Source: an uncultured virus (IMG/VR IMGVR_UViG_3300037517_002797) (lineage: Duplodnaviria > Heunggongvirae > Uroviricota > Caudoviricetes). From it: a stretch of 64,000 bases of DNA. Shown here piece by piece: positions 40,601 to 52,600 of this stretch (positions are counted from its first letter, which is position 1; the number at the start of each line of letters is the position of its first letter). The translations under genes and the position numbers were made by a program. Location of the stretch: IMG/VR virus record IMGVR_UViG_3300037517_002797; one strand, written 5' to 3'. Under the pieces are notes generated by a model that was given only the letters and a program-made list of their open reading frames with translations, searched no databases and was not told where the DNA came from.

Positions 40601-43600
40601 GAAGCATCTCGTATTCTTCTGATTCTTTTTTATTATTAAGTTCATAAAAGGCTAACGTGTTTGTAAGCGCGCTCTTTGCTGACTCAAACATAGCGCCTGC
40701 CTGACGTGTTTCGTCATCGTCTGGGCTTGAGTTGTCTTCAAGACTCTTTGCAAATAGATCAAACGCGGGATCAAAACCTCTAAGAGCTTCGTCCATGTTT
40801 GCGTACATGTCTTTAGCTTCTACCTCGACGCTGCTTTCAGTAATTGTTTTGATTTGCTTAACGACAGAATCAATGTTCTTTTGATGCTGCTCTTGTCCGC
40901 CGCCGTACCCTGTAACAGTTCCAGGCATGCTTTCGTTTACCTGCTCAAAAAGATACTCAAGATTGCCCTGACCTTCACTGTCAACTTCTACGAGATCTTT
41001 TCTCTTGAGAGCATCTGGGAATTGGCCATTTAACCATTCTGCGACTGCGCGTAGTTCTGGAGAATTATGATACTCGCTAATAGCTTGTTCAGTAAGTCCC
41101 TTGTTGAACCAGCCATTGACTGGCGATATTCCAAAAATTGGATACCACTTTCCTGCGTCAACATTCTTTTTTCCGCCGGCGCCTGTGCTCATGTAGAACG
41201 GAACTTTTACTCCGTTGATGCCTATCATGACGATTGGACGGCCGGCATACTTAAACATGTATGAAGACTGAACATTGCCTTTTTCATCAACTGGAACAAC
41301 TGTCTGTGCAGCAGTAACAACTATTCCTGGAATTACTCTTGGCAATTCTGAACTAATGTTAGTCAGTGTCCAAGTTTCATTTGATCCCTGCTCTTTATTT
41401 TCTGCAGGAACTACCTCTGGTTTAGATGTAATGTCTGGTTCTATATTTGGAATTCCAAGTTCTAACAGATTCATCGGCTTTGGATCTTGGCCTACGATTT
41501 CAACAAAAGTTACTGGAACATTTCCAAGATACTCATGTTTTTCGTTTCCTTTTCCGACAACACGGAATTTAGTTCCTCTTTGAAGAACAAACTCGAGCTC
41601 GTCTTTTTCGTCTTTAGCAGCGTCAATGTAAATGCCACGTGTGCCTGCTGGAGCAACCATCTTTAGCAAACCTTTATTTTCATCAGCAATATTTAGTATA
41701 AACATTGCCTTGTCTTTATCAAGACTTGTTGAAGAGAATCCTTCATTTACGAATTCATCACCTACATTAAGCTCGTTGATCGCTCTTCCAACTCCACCAT
41801 AGCCTTTTACGGCCCTGTATAGAAGCGTATCTTCGCTAAGAGGATCAACTTTGTTAATCGCATCTGTAATATCGGTGATAATTCCTACGTACTCTGCAAG
41901 TTGGAATTCATCTTCAAATCCGTCAGCGGCCCGCTCTTGATCCTTAGGGTCAGGTGACACCATCTGAGAAGCTGTGATGTTTACGCTTGCCGACTCGTCT
42001 TGGTACACATCAATGGCACCGAGGAATCCTTTTGCAGGTTCGCCTTGACTCTTATATTCTTCTACAAGACGTTTGTGCGTTGATAGCTTTTTCTGACTCT
42101 TTTCAGCGCTTCTTATTGCGGCTTCTTTTTTGGCGTCAGCTTCCTCATCGTCAGCGTTGTCATTTTGCTTTTCTTCTACTTCAGAAAAGATTACAGCGGC
42201 AGAGTCTTGAAACGCGCTATGAAGTTTTCCATCGCTGCCCATCTTCATAATTTCGTCAGCAGTAAACCAGCCAACTTCAGAGTTCTCTCCATCTTTAGGA
42301 GACAGGTCCCCAAGTTCTCCTGGCCCTACTTCAAACACAACTGTCTCGTACGACCAATCTGGCGATGGTTTACCACTATGAATAAAGACTGGGCTAAGTC
42401 CGCTAATGTCACCGCCGACTTCTTCCATAAATTCTTCTTTGGCAGTTGCAGTTGGAGTGTCTGCCATTTTCTTATTTGTATGCGCTCCGCCTGGGAACCC
42501 CCACTTGCCTCCGCCACTTGAAAGATTGCTCGAGCGCTTAGCGAGGAAGTACTCGTAGTTTCCATCTTTATTCTTGCGGCGGACAAGCGCGCCTTCTGCA
42601 CCAAACCTACCCCAGTACCGCTTTCCATCTGATGCAAAGTAGTAACCTTCACCAGTTTCTTGATCGTTTCCACCGCCAAGAGGCGCGAAGAATGGAAGGT
42701 TTGGAGGAGTTAAAGTCCCGTTGCGCAGAAGTTGAACGTCTGAGCTAGAGATGTTTTCTGCATAGTAGACGCCGTCATCTCCCTTACTAATGGTGTAATC
42801 ATTCCATTTGCTTGTTGGAGCTTCAGAAACTGGAGCCCCTGACGGGGCATCAGCTTTTGGGAGGTCGCCGCCAGACTGTTCGCCACCTTCAGGATAGATA
42901 GGAGTCCAAACTTCAAGTGTTGGAACATCAAATGTTGGGAATCCTTTTTGTTCACGAATTGCATTGATCTGGTTGATCAGTCGTGCATTGCGCTCTTTTG
43001 AAGCAAGAACAAGAGCTCGAAGTGGAGCTTCGTATTTTGTTCCCTTAAATGCTTCAGCAAGCCAGGTTGCATGACCAAATGCTATAGGCGTTGTTCCCTT
43101 GATGATGTCTGGAATTGTAATCCATCGCGCTCCAGTAGCATCATCTCCTGCTGCAAGAGGAGTGTCCCTTGGAACTTCGTAAGCAACTGCGCCGACGTAG
43201 GCTCCCTTGTACGCTCGTGGATCCCAGTCGTTTGCGTCAACCTCGCCGAGGAACGTGCGACTGGTGGCTTGGTCGGACGAGATCCCAACTTCTTCCATCA
43301 TCTCACGATCTGCTGCTGCTCCAAACGACTCACCTGCGTCTCTAAATCCACCAGGGAGCGCGTGCGCTCCCTTGAATGGACCGTGCAAGCGAGAGATCAT
43401 TAACACCATTGGAGTTCCGTTATCGTCGCTTGTGATGATCACCGCGTCAGAGGCAACGATCTTGCTTTCTTTTGACAGTGAGAACTCATTAGTTGCGTCA
43501 TCAATATCTTGATCGTCGTAGCTATCGTCAAAGTATGAGCTGATGTTTGCTTTTGTTTTCTTTGATTCACGTACGAGGTCAGCGCTAGGCTTCATCAATG

Positions 43601-46600
43601 CGAGGCCTGCTGGCATTGGAGGCACAGGTTCTCCGTTTAGCTCTGCCTGACGTGCTGCTGCTTCGTAGTCACGAGCTGCCTTGAGCTTTGCCCAGTCTTT
43701 CTTCTGCTTATCTACGATGTCCTGTGGAAGCTTCTTAGACGCTGGAGTTGTTGGAAGATCAATCCATGGATCTGTATCGTCTTCTGGATTAAGAACCGTA
43801 AGTGTGCTTGGGTTCATTGACTTACGTGCGACACCTGGGCCCCAGTTGCCTTTCTTAACACTGGCAGGGTCACGTGGGTCAATGTCGTAGCGAATATAAA
43901 CATTGATCCAATCTTTTTCGTTGTAGCCCTCAACGGTTCCAGAGTAGCCCCACTTATCGCGAACGCGCATTCCAGGAGTGATGAATGTCTTTCCATCACG
44001 TGAGTATCCAACAGGACGTCCACTTGGATCAACTGCATCGAGTGGTGGCAGGCTCTTTCCTGTTGGGCGCCAGTAGTACTGGCCAGTAAGAACTTCAACG
44101 ATACCCTCAAGCATGTCGCGGAAGAAGTTGTTGTCAATTGATGTTGCGCTGTCGGCAGGCTTGTGCGGGAACTTGTCAAGAATTGCATTGAGTTGGGCAA
44201 GTGCCTCTTGTTCTGACATTGTTCCTTCGCCAAGTGCTTTGCGAATTTCAGCAACCTGAGCTGCTGCTTCACGAACGCGCTTGCGGTCCGATGCCATCAG
44301 TGACGTGTCTTCACCTGTGACAAGTTCAACTGCTTCGTCAAACTCATCAAACTTCTGCTGCAGGTCAGCTGCCTTGTTGGCATCGCTTCTGAACGCTTTA
44401 TTCTTTTCCTCTGCCGACTGCTGTGCTGTCTTTGGAGCATCTGCATCTGGAAGAACATCGTCTGGAGCCTCTGCAACTCCAGTCGGCATTGCGCCTTGTG
44501 GAGCAGCGACGTCATCTGGACGCCACTCTGGATCAAGAGCTTTTGCTGGCGCGGCTTCTGGCGCAGTTGGTTCTGCAGCCTTAGGCGCTGTCTTGCTGAT
44601 GCGGATCGCATCGGCTGCATCAGCTGCCTGAAGCATAAGACTCTGTAGATCTCCTGCGCCTACTTCTGAATAAGGCTCGAGGAACTCTGCTGCCTCTCGG
44701 AACTTCTCCTCGGTGTCAACATACAGTTCACCGCTATAGGCGTACAGCGCGTCTTTAACTGCCTCGCGGAACTTCTTGATGTTCTTCTCATCCTTTGCGC
44801 TGCGATCAGCGTAGTCATCAAGAATGTCTTCAGCATCACTGACAGCCTGTTTTACAGACTTAATAATCTGCTCGTTGTTGTCGCCACCTTCTGCTGGTGT
44901 TGGTGTTGGTGCTGGTGGCTCTTCAACTCCACCGCCGCCTTCGCCTTCGGTAGTTGGCTCAGGTGTTGGCGCAGAAACTTCTTCTTCTTCTGCTGCTGGA
45001 ACTTCAGGCTTAACAAAACTGTCAATCCAGTTGAGTGGCCCAAGATCAACCATCTTCTTTGCACGTGTTACTGCAACATATGCGATCTTAAGTTCAGTTG
45101 GTTCAGGCATAATGACTTCGCCAGTTACTTTGTCAACTCGAGGGCCCCAGAAGTCGTTCCACATAGTGGCGTAATCCCATTCAAGGCCTTTAGCTTGGTG
45201 AACTGTCGTGATCATGACGTCAATAGCGCCGCTATCTACTTCAGTAGGTTCAGCTTTCTTAAGCCCAAGCGCCGTGCTGAGATCGTTAAGCAAATCAAAT
45301 GTGTCTGCCTCACTCGTAAACGGTGCGTCCCAAGTCTTAGTAACTCCGTTATACTTAAAGCGCTTTGTTTCTTTGATTGCATCTTTATTTCCGTACGTGT
45401 TTCCAGAGAGCGAGACATACGAACCTGAGACAGCGTACGTGATTCCTTTGCCAAGTTCACCAGTTGCACCAGGCGCTGTATCGCCAACATCTGCCTGCGT
45501 GTCGTCTTCTGACATATCGCGGATTTCGCCAGAGCCCTTGACAAGCTTTAGCTTGTCAATCATTTCACGAATTGCAGGAATTCCTTCAGCGTCAACCATG
45601 TCTGCAAAGATTTGAAGCTTTTTGCTGTCAATCAGTTCATCTGCAATTGCTTTTTGAACTTCAGACCATGACTTAAATGGAGCAAGATCCTCATGAAGTT
45701 GGCTTGGTTTATTTTGTCCAGTGATCAGATACTCTGCTGTATCTGTAAGACTTACGAGATCTCCTCTGTAATTCTTTGTCACACCAACTACTCGGCCTCG
45801 GCCAAGTTGATCGGCAATTGCTGCAAATCCTCCACCATTGGTACGGACGAGAATTGCATTTGTAGTGTCGAGCATCGAGCCAGTAGGCACAACCGTGCCT
45901 GGATCTGATCCAGCACCGATAACTCGAAGATCAGTGCCAAGGAGTTGCAGCCACTTGTTTGCTTCTTTTGCGATGTTCTCGCCGAAGCGGAACGACTTGG
46001 TCAAAGGCAAACGCTGTACTGCTCTGTCAACTTTTTCTAGTTGGTTTTCTCCACCGCGGAATGCGTAGATCGCTTGGTTGTTGTCTCCAACGTACACAAC
46101 CTGAAGTGGTTGCTCGCCGATGACTTTTCCAGATACTGGGTTGATGTCCTGAGCTTCGTCAAAGAATATGAAGTTGTTTGCGAACTTTGTTCCAGAGCCA
46201 ATCTTAGAAAGGTCTGGCTTTGAAAGTGCCCACATCTTTGTAACAACTGTGTTGTTGATCTTTGCATTGCCATTTGGATCTTGGTAGTCGCTCCAAATGT
46301 TATTGGCGGTGGCCATCATCCAATTTGGAACGTCACCACTCCATCCAGCTGCGATGAAGTGTTGCTCGCCAATCTCATCGTCGGCACTGATCATAAACTT
46401 GTTGACAACTTCTTTGAAGAACTTAGTTGCCTCAAAGAGCGAGACTGTCTCGTCGTTGTTGCCTTGGAACTCAGTGATGCCAAACGCCTCGGCAAATTTC
46501 TTGTAATACGCGAGTGGGTTTGACTTCTTCAGGCGCTGCATCTTTTTCTTGACTTCATCAGAAGCCCAGCGGTACGCAATTGCGTCGTTTGTGACGACTT

Positions 46601-49600
46601 CAATGTTTGTCAGACCAGCTTCAGCAAACTTTCGCTCTGCTTCGAGCTGTGCGCTCTTATTAAATGCAATGTATACACCACGTTCTGTTGGACGCTCTTT
46701 CTTTTTGCGCTTTCCAGCTATCAAAAGAGTTGATGTCTTGCCAGTTCCAGCAAGCGCCTCAACAACAACGTCATTGCCAGAAAGAATTGCGTCAAGAATT
46801 GCACGCTGTTCTTCTGTTGGCATAAACGGCTCGTCCTTGTACGGATCGTTCGTGTCAACGCCGTCGTACTTAGGATTATCAATTTCTTGAGTATCGGCCA
46901 TTGATGTTGGCTTAGAGGTACTTCCACCTTCAACGCCTTCTGGATCAATCTCACCGATTGGCAGTGGTGTTGCCTCACGGACCATCTTTTCAACATCAGG
47001 TACAGAGCAAGGTCCGTTTGCAGGTCCAACGGCTGCTGTCAGTCCAGAACCACCACAGTTCCAAGCGGCGGCAATTGCTTTAGCAGCAACATATTCAGCG
47101 AGGTCTGCTTCGTACTTGGCGTACTCATTTTCGTAGTCAGCAAGTTCTTTTTGTTTAGCCTCAAACGCGCCATCAACATTAAGAAGTGTTGTTGGTGTCG
47201 TATCTGGATTTTCAATTGCGCGGTCGAGCATTGCATCGGTGATTTCCCACGACGCTTCAGCGTCTGCGTCCGCACGGTGCCAGTCTGGTAGTTGGACTTG
47301 AAGGAAGTCGGCAATTGGTCCAAGACTATTTGATGCACGGCGCTTGCCATCTTTTTCACTTACCTGGCTTGCTCCAAACTTTGTCTTTGAGTTCCACTTA
47401 GGCAACGTGCCTTGGGCAAGATCTTTTGAGTCAATTGTTCCAACAATGTTCAGTGACAGCCCGTTTTCACTAAGAACTCGGTTAAGAATTTCAAGATCAA
47501 ATGGCGTGTACTGCCCACCAAGAATTACATCGCCACCGACGTTTTCGTTGACAAACGCGAGGAACTGCTCGTGCGCTTCCTTCATTGACGGTTGTGTTGC
47601 AAGCCATTCTTCTGTTACAGGCGAGCCGTCCATCTGCTTAAGATTCTTAGCTGACCAATCGGAAAGCTCATGCTCTGGATTCATGTATGAGCTAAACCGA
47701 GCATTGACCTTTCCATCCAAAGCAACAATTGCGCCGATCTGCACCGGATTGTTCTTTCCGCCTTTTTCTGGACCAGGAAGACCTGTTGATTCGTAGTCAA
47801 AGAAGACAATCGGAGTTTTGCGGATAATTGCTGCAGCCTCTTCCCATGTCTTAGCATCTTTGAGAAGCTCGGCCATCTTGCCGTTGAACGCGCCCGGTGA
47901 AGGCTTGCGCGGTGCCTTAGGACGGTGCAGTGCTGGCTTGTCGCCCTTAGGTGGAATTGTGCCACCACGAGCAGCAGGAATGATTGTTGTTTCATTCCAC
48001 TCTTTACGCTGCGACTCGTGTCCTGGGAAGTAGCCTTGTACGCTGACCTTGTTTTTTGGAGTATCTCCATCGCGGAAGATACGCTCGATAACAAACGAGT
48101 CATCGCCAATCACATCGCCTGGTTGCAGATCCTGTGCTTCGTAGCCAATGCTATCTGTAAGTGGAATGCGCTCTGCGAACGGATCAACCGTTGTATCCTT
48201 AATTCCAAGCTGATCAAGAATGTTTGAACGGCGACGCTTGAGGACGTCCTTGAGCATTTCACGGTCTGTTGGATCTGAAATTACTGAGTCAACAATGTCG
48301 TCAATTTGACTTGGTGTGATGTTAAGAAGCTTGCGACCACTCTCGACAATCTGCTCTGGCGTCATTTTTCCGAATACTGAGCCAGCACTTTGGTTTATGT
48401 CCCTATCGCGCATCGAGTCAAGTTCACCAACCTCTGGACCAAACCAGTCTTTTGGTTTACCCTGTGCGCGCCACTTCAACGCGCCACCTGGGTCAATTCG
48501 GTATGTGTTACCTTGTTCGTCAACAACAATGTTGTCGTAGACAAGACCGATCACATCGTAGTTTGAAAGCCATGCGTCAATTGCAAAACCGTCATGAAGT
48601 TGCGATGTAATTGCTTCGTCAGATCGGCTACTTTGAAGAGTTTCAGTGCCAGGAATCATCGGTGTGACAATCCTGTCAGATCCAAATGAGCCAGCGGCTG
48701 GGTTGTATGTGCCTGGCTCGCTATCTTTCTGGTCGTCTCGTGTTGCAAGTCCAACTTCTGATGAAGGAATTTCAAAGTGACGATAGAAAGCTGAAGCAAG
48801 TGCTTCGTTTTCAGCGTGCGACTGAGACTTTGCTCTCTTTACATAGAACTGACGACCGTTTTCGTCTTCGTAAACGCCGCCTTCGTTTGAACCGCTTTGT
48901 CCACCAACTTGTTTCCAGCCTGAGATGTCGCCATAGTATGGAACTGTTGGTGATGCTTGTGCTGGTGCTGGTGCTACCTGCTCTGGAGCAACTTGCTCTG
49001 CAGGCTGCGCTTGTTCGGCGGGAGTAGCCCTACGCAAGACAACTTCGTAAACTCGTTCACGAATTGGCTCTACTCTTTCAATTGTAAACGTGCCGTATCC
49101 AAAGTATTCTTCTTCGCCAGGAAGCCATGAGTAGTTTCGTGTTCGTACAGCATCAATTTCTCCAGGCGCAAACGAAAAGATGATTTTGGCTTGACCTTCC
49201 TTGGATGGAGTGCTGCCGTAGTCTGTTTCGTCTGCCACTTGATCAATTGAAGACATTGATCGTGGATCAATATCAATTGTGTTTCCAACTGTTGTTTGAT
49301 CTGTAAAGTCTTTTGAATCTGTTTGAACATAGATTCTTCTCTGCAGTTCAACATCATTTGGTATTGCAGACTCAGCGACAAGCCTGTACATTGCTGCGGT
49401 TGAAGTGTCTGCAGTAAGGTCGTCTACTCCTTTTGAAATTCGCTGACGGCCTTCGGCAAAGTCTTTGTAATCTCCATACTTCTTAACGATTTCTTTGACA
49501 AACACCTCTCTTCCAGCGTCTTCAAAGGTATCGCCAGTGCGCCTAGCAATTTCCTCAACCATTCCTCGGTAAAAATCTGTAATGTCCCAATTGATCCCGC

Positions 49601-52600
49601 CTGCATCGTTTCCGTCGGCGGCCATCTGGAGACCCCAGAATGCTCGGAACGCCTCTTGCTTTTCTGGATCATCGCTTAGGGCCCAGTCAATGTACTTAGC
49701 GATTAGCTTAGCGCCTTGCTCTGGACTTTCAGTCTCAATCGTGTCAACGTCTTCTGAGCTTTCAATTTCCCTAGCAAGTTTGATTATGAACGGATTTGTC
49801 TCGTTATGGTTTTTGACAAGTTTAACTGCGTTAGCTGTGTAGTCTGGCGCGCCAAGCATTCCATTTATCTTAGCGGCGTTTGATGAAGTAATCTTTCCAT
49901 ACGGAGTATCTTCAACAACTTTTTGGATATTTTTTGTGGCGTTGTTTGCAGCTGTTTTTTGTTCTGGAGTTTTCGCAAGTCGTGCATACGCTCCAGAAAG
50001 AAGAACGCCCTTGTCAAGTCCAGTAAGTTCAAGTGCTTCAAGAAGAGCCTCGACTGGAACGTCTTCCATTCCAGCATCAAACTTAAGACGCGCCATTCCA
50101 TTGCGCTCGTCGGCGTTCATAAGCCCCTGCGTCATTGACATCGCAAGTTGCGCTGTGTTGAACTTCCTACTCAATACTGCTGGATCGTCAGTGTAGTCAC
50201 TGCTTTCCTGAGTGGTTCGTCCCTTAGGACGATACACACCGAAGATGTTTGGCTTGTACGCACCGTCTGGAGCAGCAAACATTGAATCAAATGCCTCTTC
50301 ATCAAATGCTGTAGCTTCGCCCTCGTCAGTGTCACCTTCAAATGTGCCATCGTCTTCTGGCCCAGTAAGCTCACCTGAAACATTTTCAGATCCATCGGCA
50401 TCGCCGTTGTACCACTTAGCAAATTCTTCTTCGCTTCCTTCTGGAACTGAGAACTCAACTACTGGCCAGCCGCCTCCTTCGCCTTCTGGACTGACGATGT
50501 TTACGTCTCCGTCAGGGAATACTTCCTTAAAGCGACCAATGACCTCATCAAGAGTTTCATCTTCAGATGCGACATCAACTGTAAAGCTCGTACCTGCTTC
50601 TCCGTTTGGAAGCTCTGTGCTTTGTCCATCTGAAATGCCGTACTCATCTTCAAGTACTTGTGCTTGCTCTTGCTTTTGTGCACGAGACTCGTTGTAAGCC
50701 TTTCCAGCTTCATTCAAGCTGCCGTCTGCATCGTAGAACAAGTCAAGTTGACGCTCAAACGAAGGAGCTGTATCTGTAACTTCAGGACGTGCGTCTGGAA
50801 GAGGACGCATTGTGCGCGCTTCTTCACCAAGGTAGTCTTCAATTGGGTTGCCGTCAATTGTTGGCATAACTGGAGCAGCGATCTTGCTTGCGAGCCAGTC
50901 GGCTTCTTGCTTTCCATTGAGCTTTTCAAATGCGCGGCCCTTAACAAACTTGCCAACTGCGCTGCCGATTGATTCGGCCTTTCCAATTGCATCAACGTCA
51001 GCCGGGTTGACATTTGGATAGAGGTACGTTCCTCCACCCTTTCCATCGCGAGACTTAAACTTGATGAGCAATTCGCCAGTAGCTGGGTCAAACGACATCT
51101 CTTCAACTGATGAACTTGCTGATGTCTTGATCCTACGGAATGTTTGTTGACCTTCAGGTGCTGAAGGCTGCTGAGCTCCACCTGGCCATGCTGCATCAAC
51201 AAGACGGTCAAGTTCGTCCTGCGGCATATTGACGATGTCATCTACCTTGACATTTGTGTCAGGTGCAGGCTTATTTATCTTGTCAATGGTGAACGTGCGA
51301 TCTTCACCGTCGGTCTTGCTGAAACCTTTAAGTTGCTTTTTGCCAGCTTTGTTTTCAATGATTTGCTCTGGTGTAACTACGCGCAGTTTGTCATTGAAGT
51401 CAAAAGCGACGTCTTTCTTTTCTTCGATTGACTTCTCAATGATTGCTGGAAGATCTGCCGTAGGCGTGTTGCGCATGTCATTTGCTGCGTCAACAAGACG
51501 TTGGATCTCTGGTGAGATCTCTGGTGGTTCAGCAAACAGTGTTGGCTGACTCTCGTCTCGTAAAAGCTGGATCTTGGGTGGTTCCCCTGGAATCAGTCTC
51601 CCGTCAGGTCCAATCCTGAAATCCCCGTCGGGCAAATTCGTCCACTTGGGTGGTTCCCCTGGAATCAGTCTCCCGTCAGGTCCAATCCTGTACTCCTCGT
51701 CGGGCAAATTCGTCCAGGGCAAAGGCTCGCCAAGGCTCGGGTCAATAATCCGTTTTCCGTCAGGTCCAAGCTTGTAAATATCGTATGGCGGCTCGACCAG
51801 TTTCGGGTCAATAATCCGTTTTCCGTCAGGTCCAAGCTTGTAAATATCGTATGGCGGATCATAGATAGCTGATGTGTAGTCGGATCGCAGCTCTGGATAC
51901 TCGTCAAAGTCTGGCATTGGACCGCTGTATCGCCATTCACCGCCTACTGGTGGAATGCCAAATGGTACAAATGTCCAATTGTCAGGGTCATCGAGCTGTT
52001 CTCGGAATCTTTCTCGCTGCCTCTTTAGTTTCTCTTGACGCCTTGCTTCTCTTTCAACACTGCGCTCATCTTTACCAAAGCGTTCGTCTAAGAAATCTTT
52101 AAACTTCTCGTCTTCAAAAAATGTATCTTTAGGAGGCATTGACGTAATGCCTGGAGCTTCAGATGGCGCAACAATCTTGTCCCAAGCGAAGTTCTTGCTT
52201 GTTCCGTCAGAGTCTGTTGCCTTTAGGTTTGTACGACCTGTTTGACCATTTTGCCAAACACTTTTTGGAGTAACAACGCGATCTTTGCCGCTGTATGTGA
52301 AGCGAAGCTTTTGGTCGTTATCAATAGCGTCTTGAACAAACTTCTTGATGTCTGCAATCTTGTTGACTTCTTTTGGATTGAGATCAATTACGTCTCTTAT
52401 AGCAGCCGGTGCCTGGACTGGTGCAGGTGCTACATCTGAAGGCGTCATCTTATCTACAATGAACGTGCGATCTTCGCCGTCTGTTTGACTAAATCCAACT
52501 ACGTTTGTAGTTCCTGTCTTAGGATTTTTGTAGATGCGCTCTGGCGTAAATACACGGTTCTTTCCACTGTACTTAAAGCTGATTGGATACTGACCGTCAA

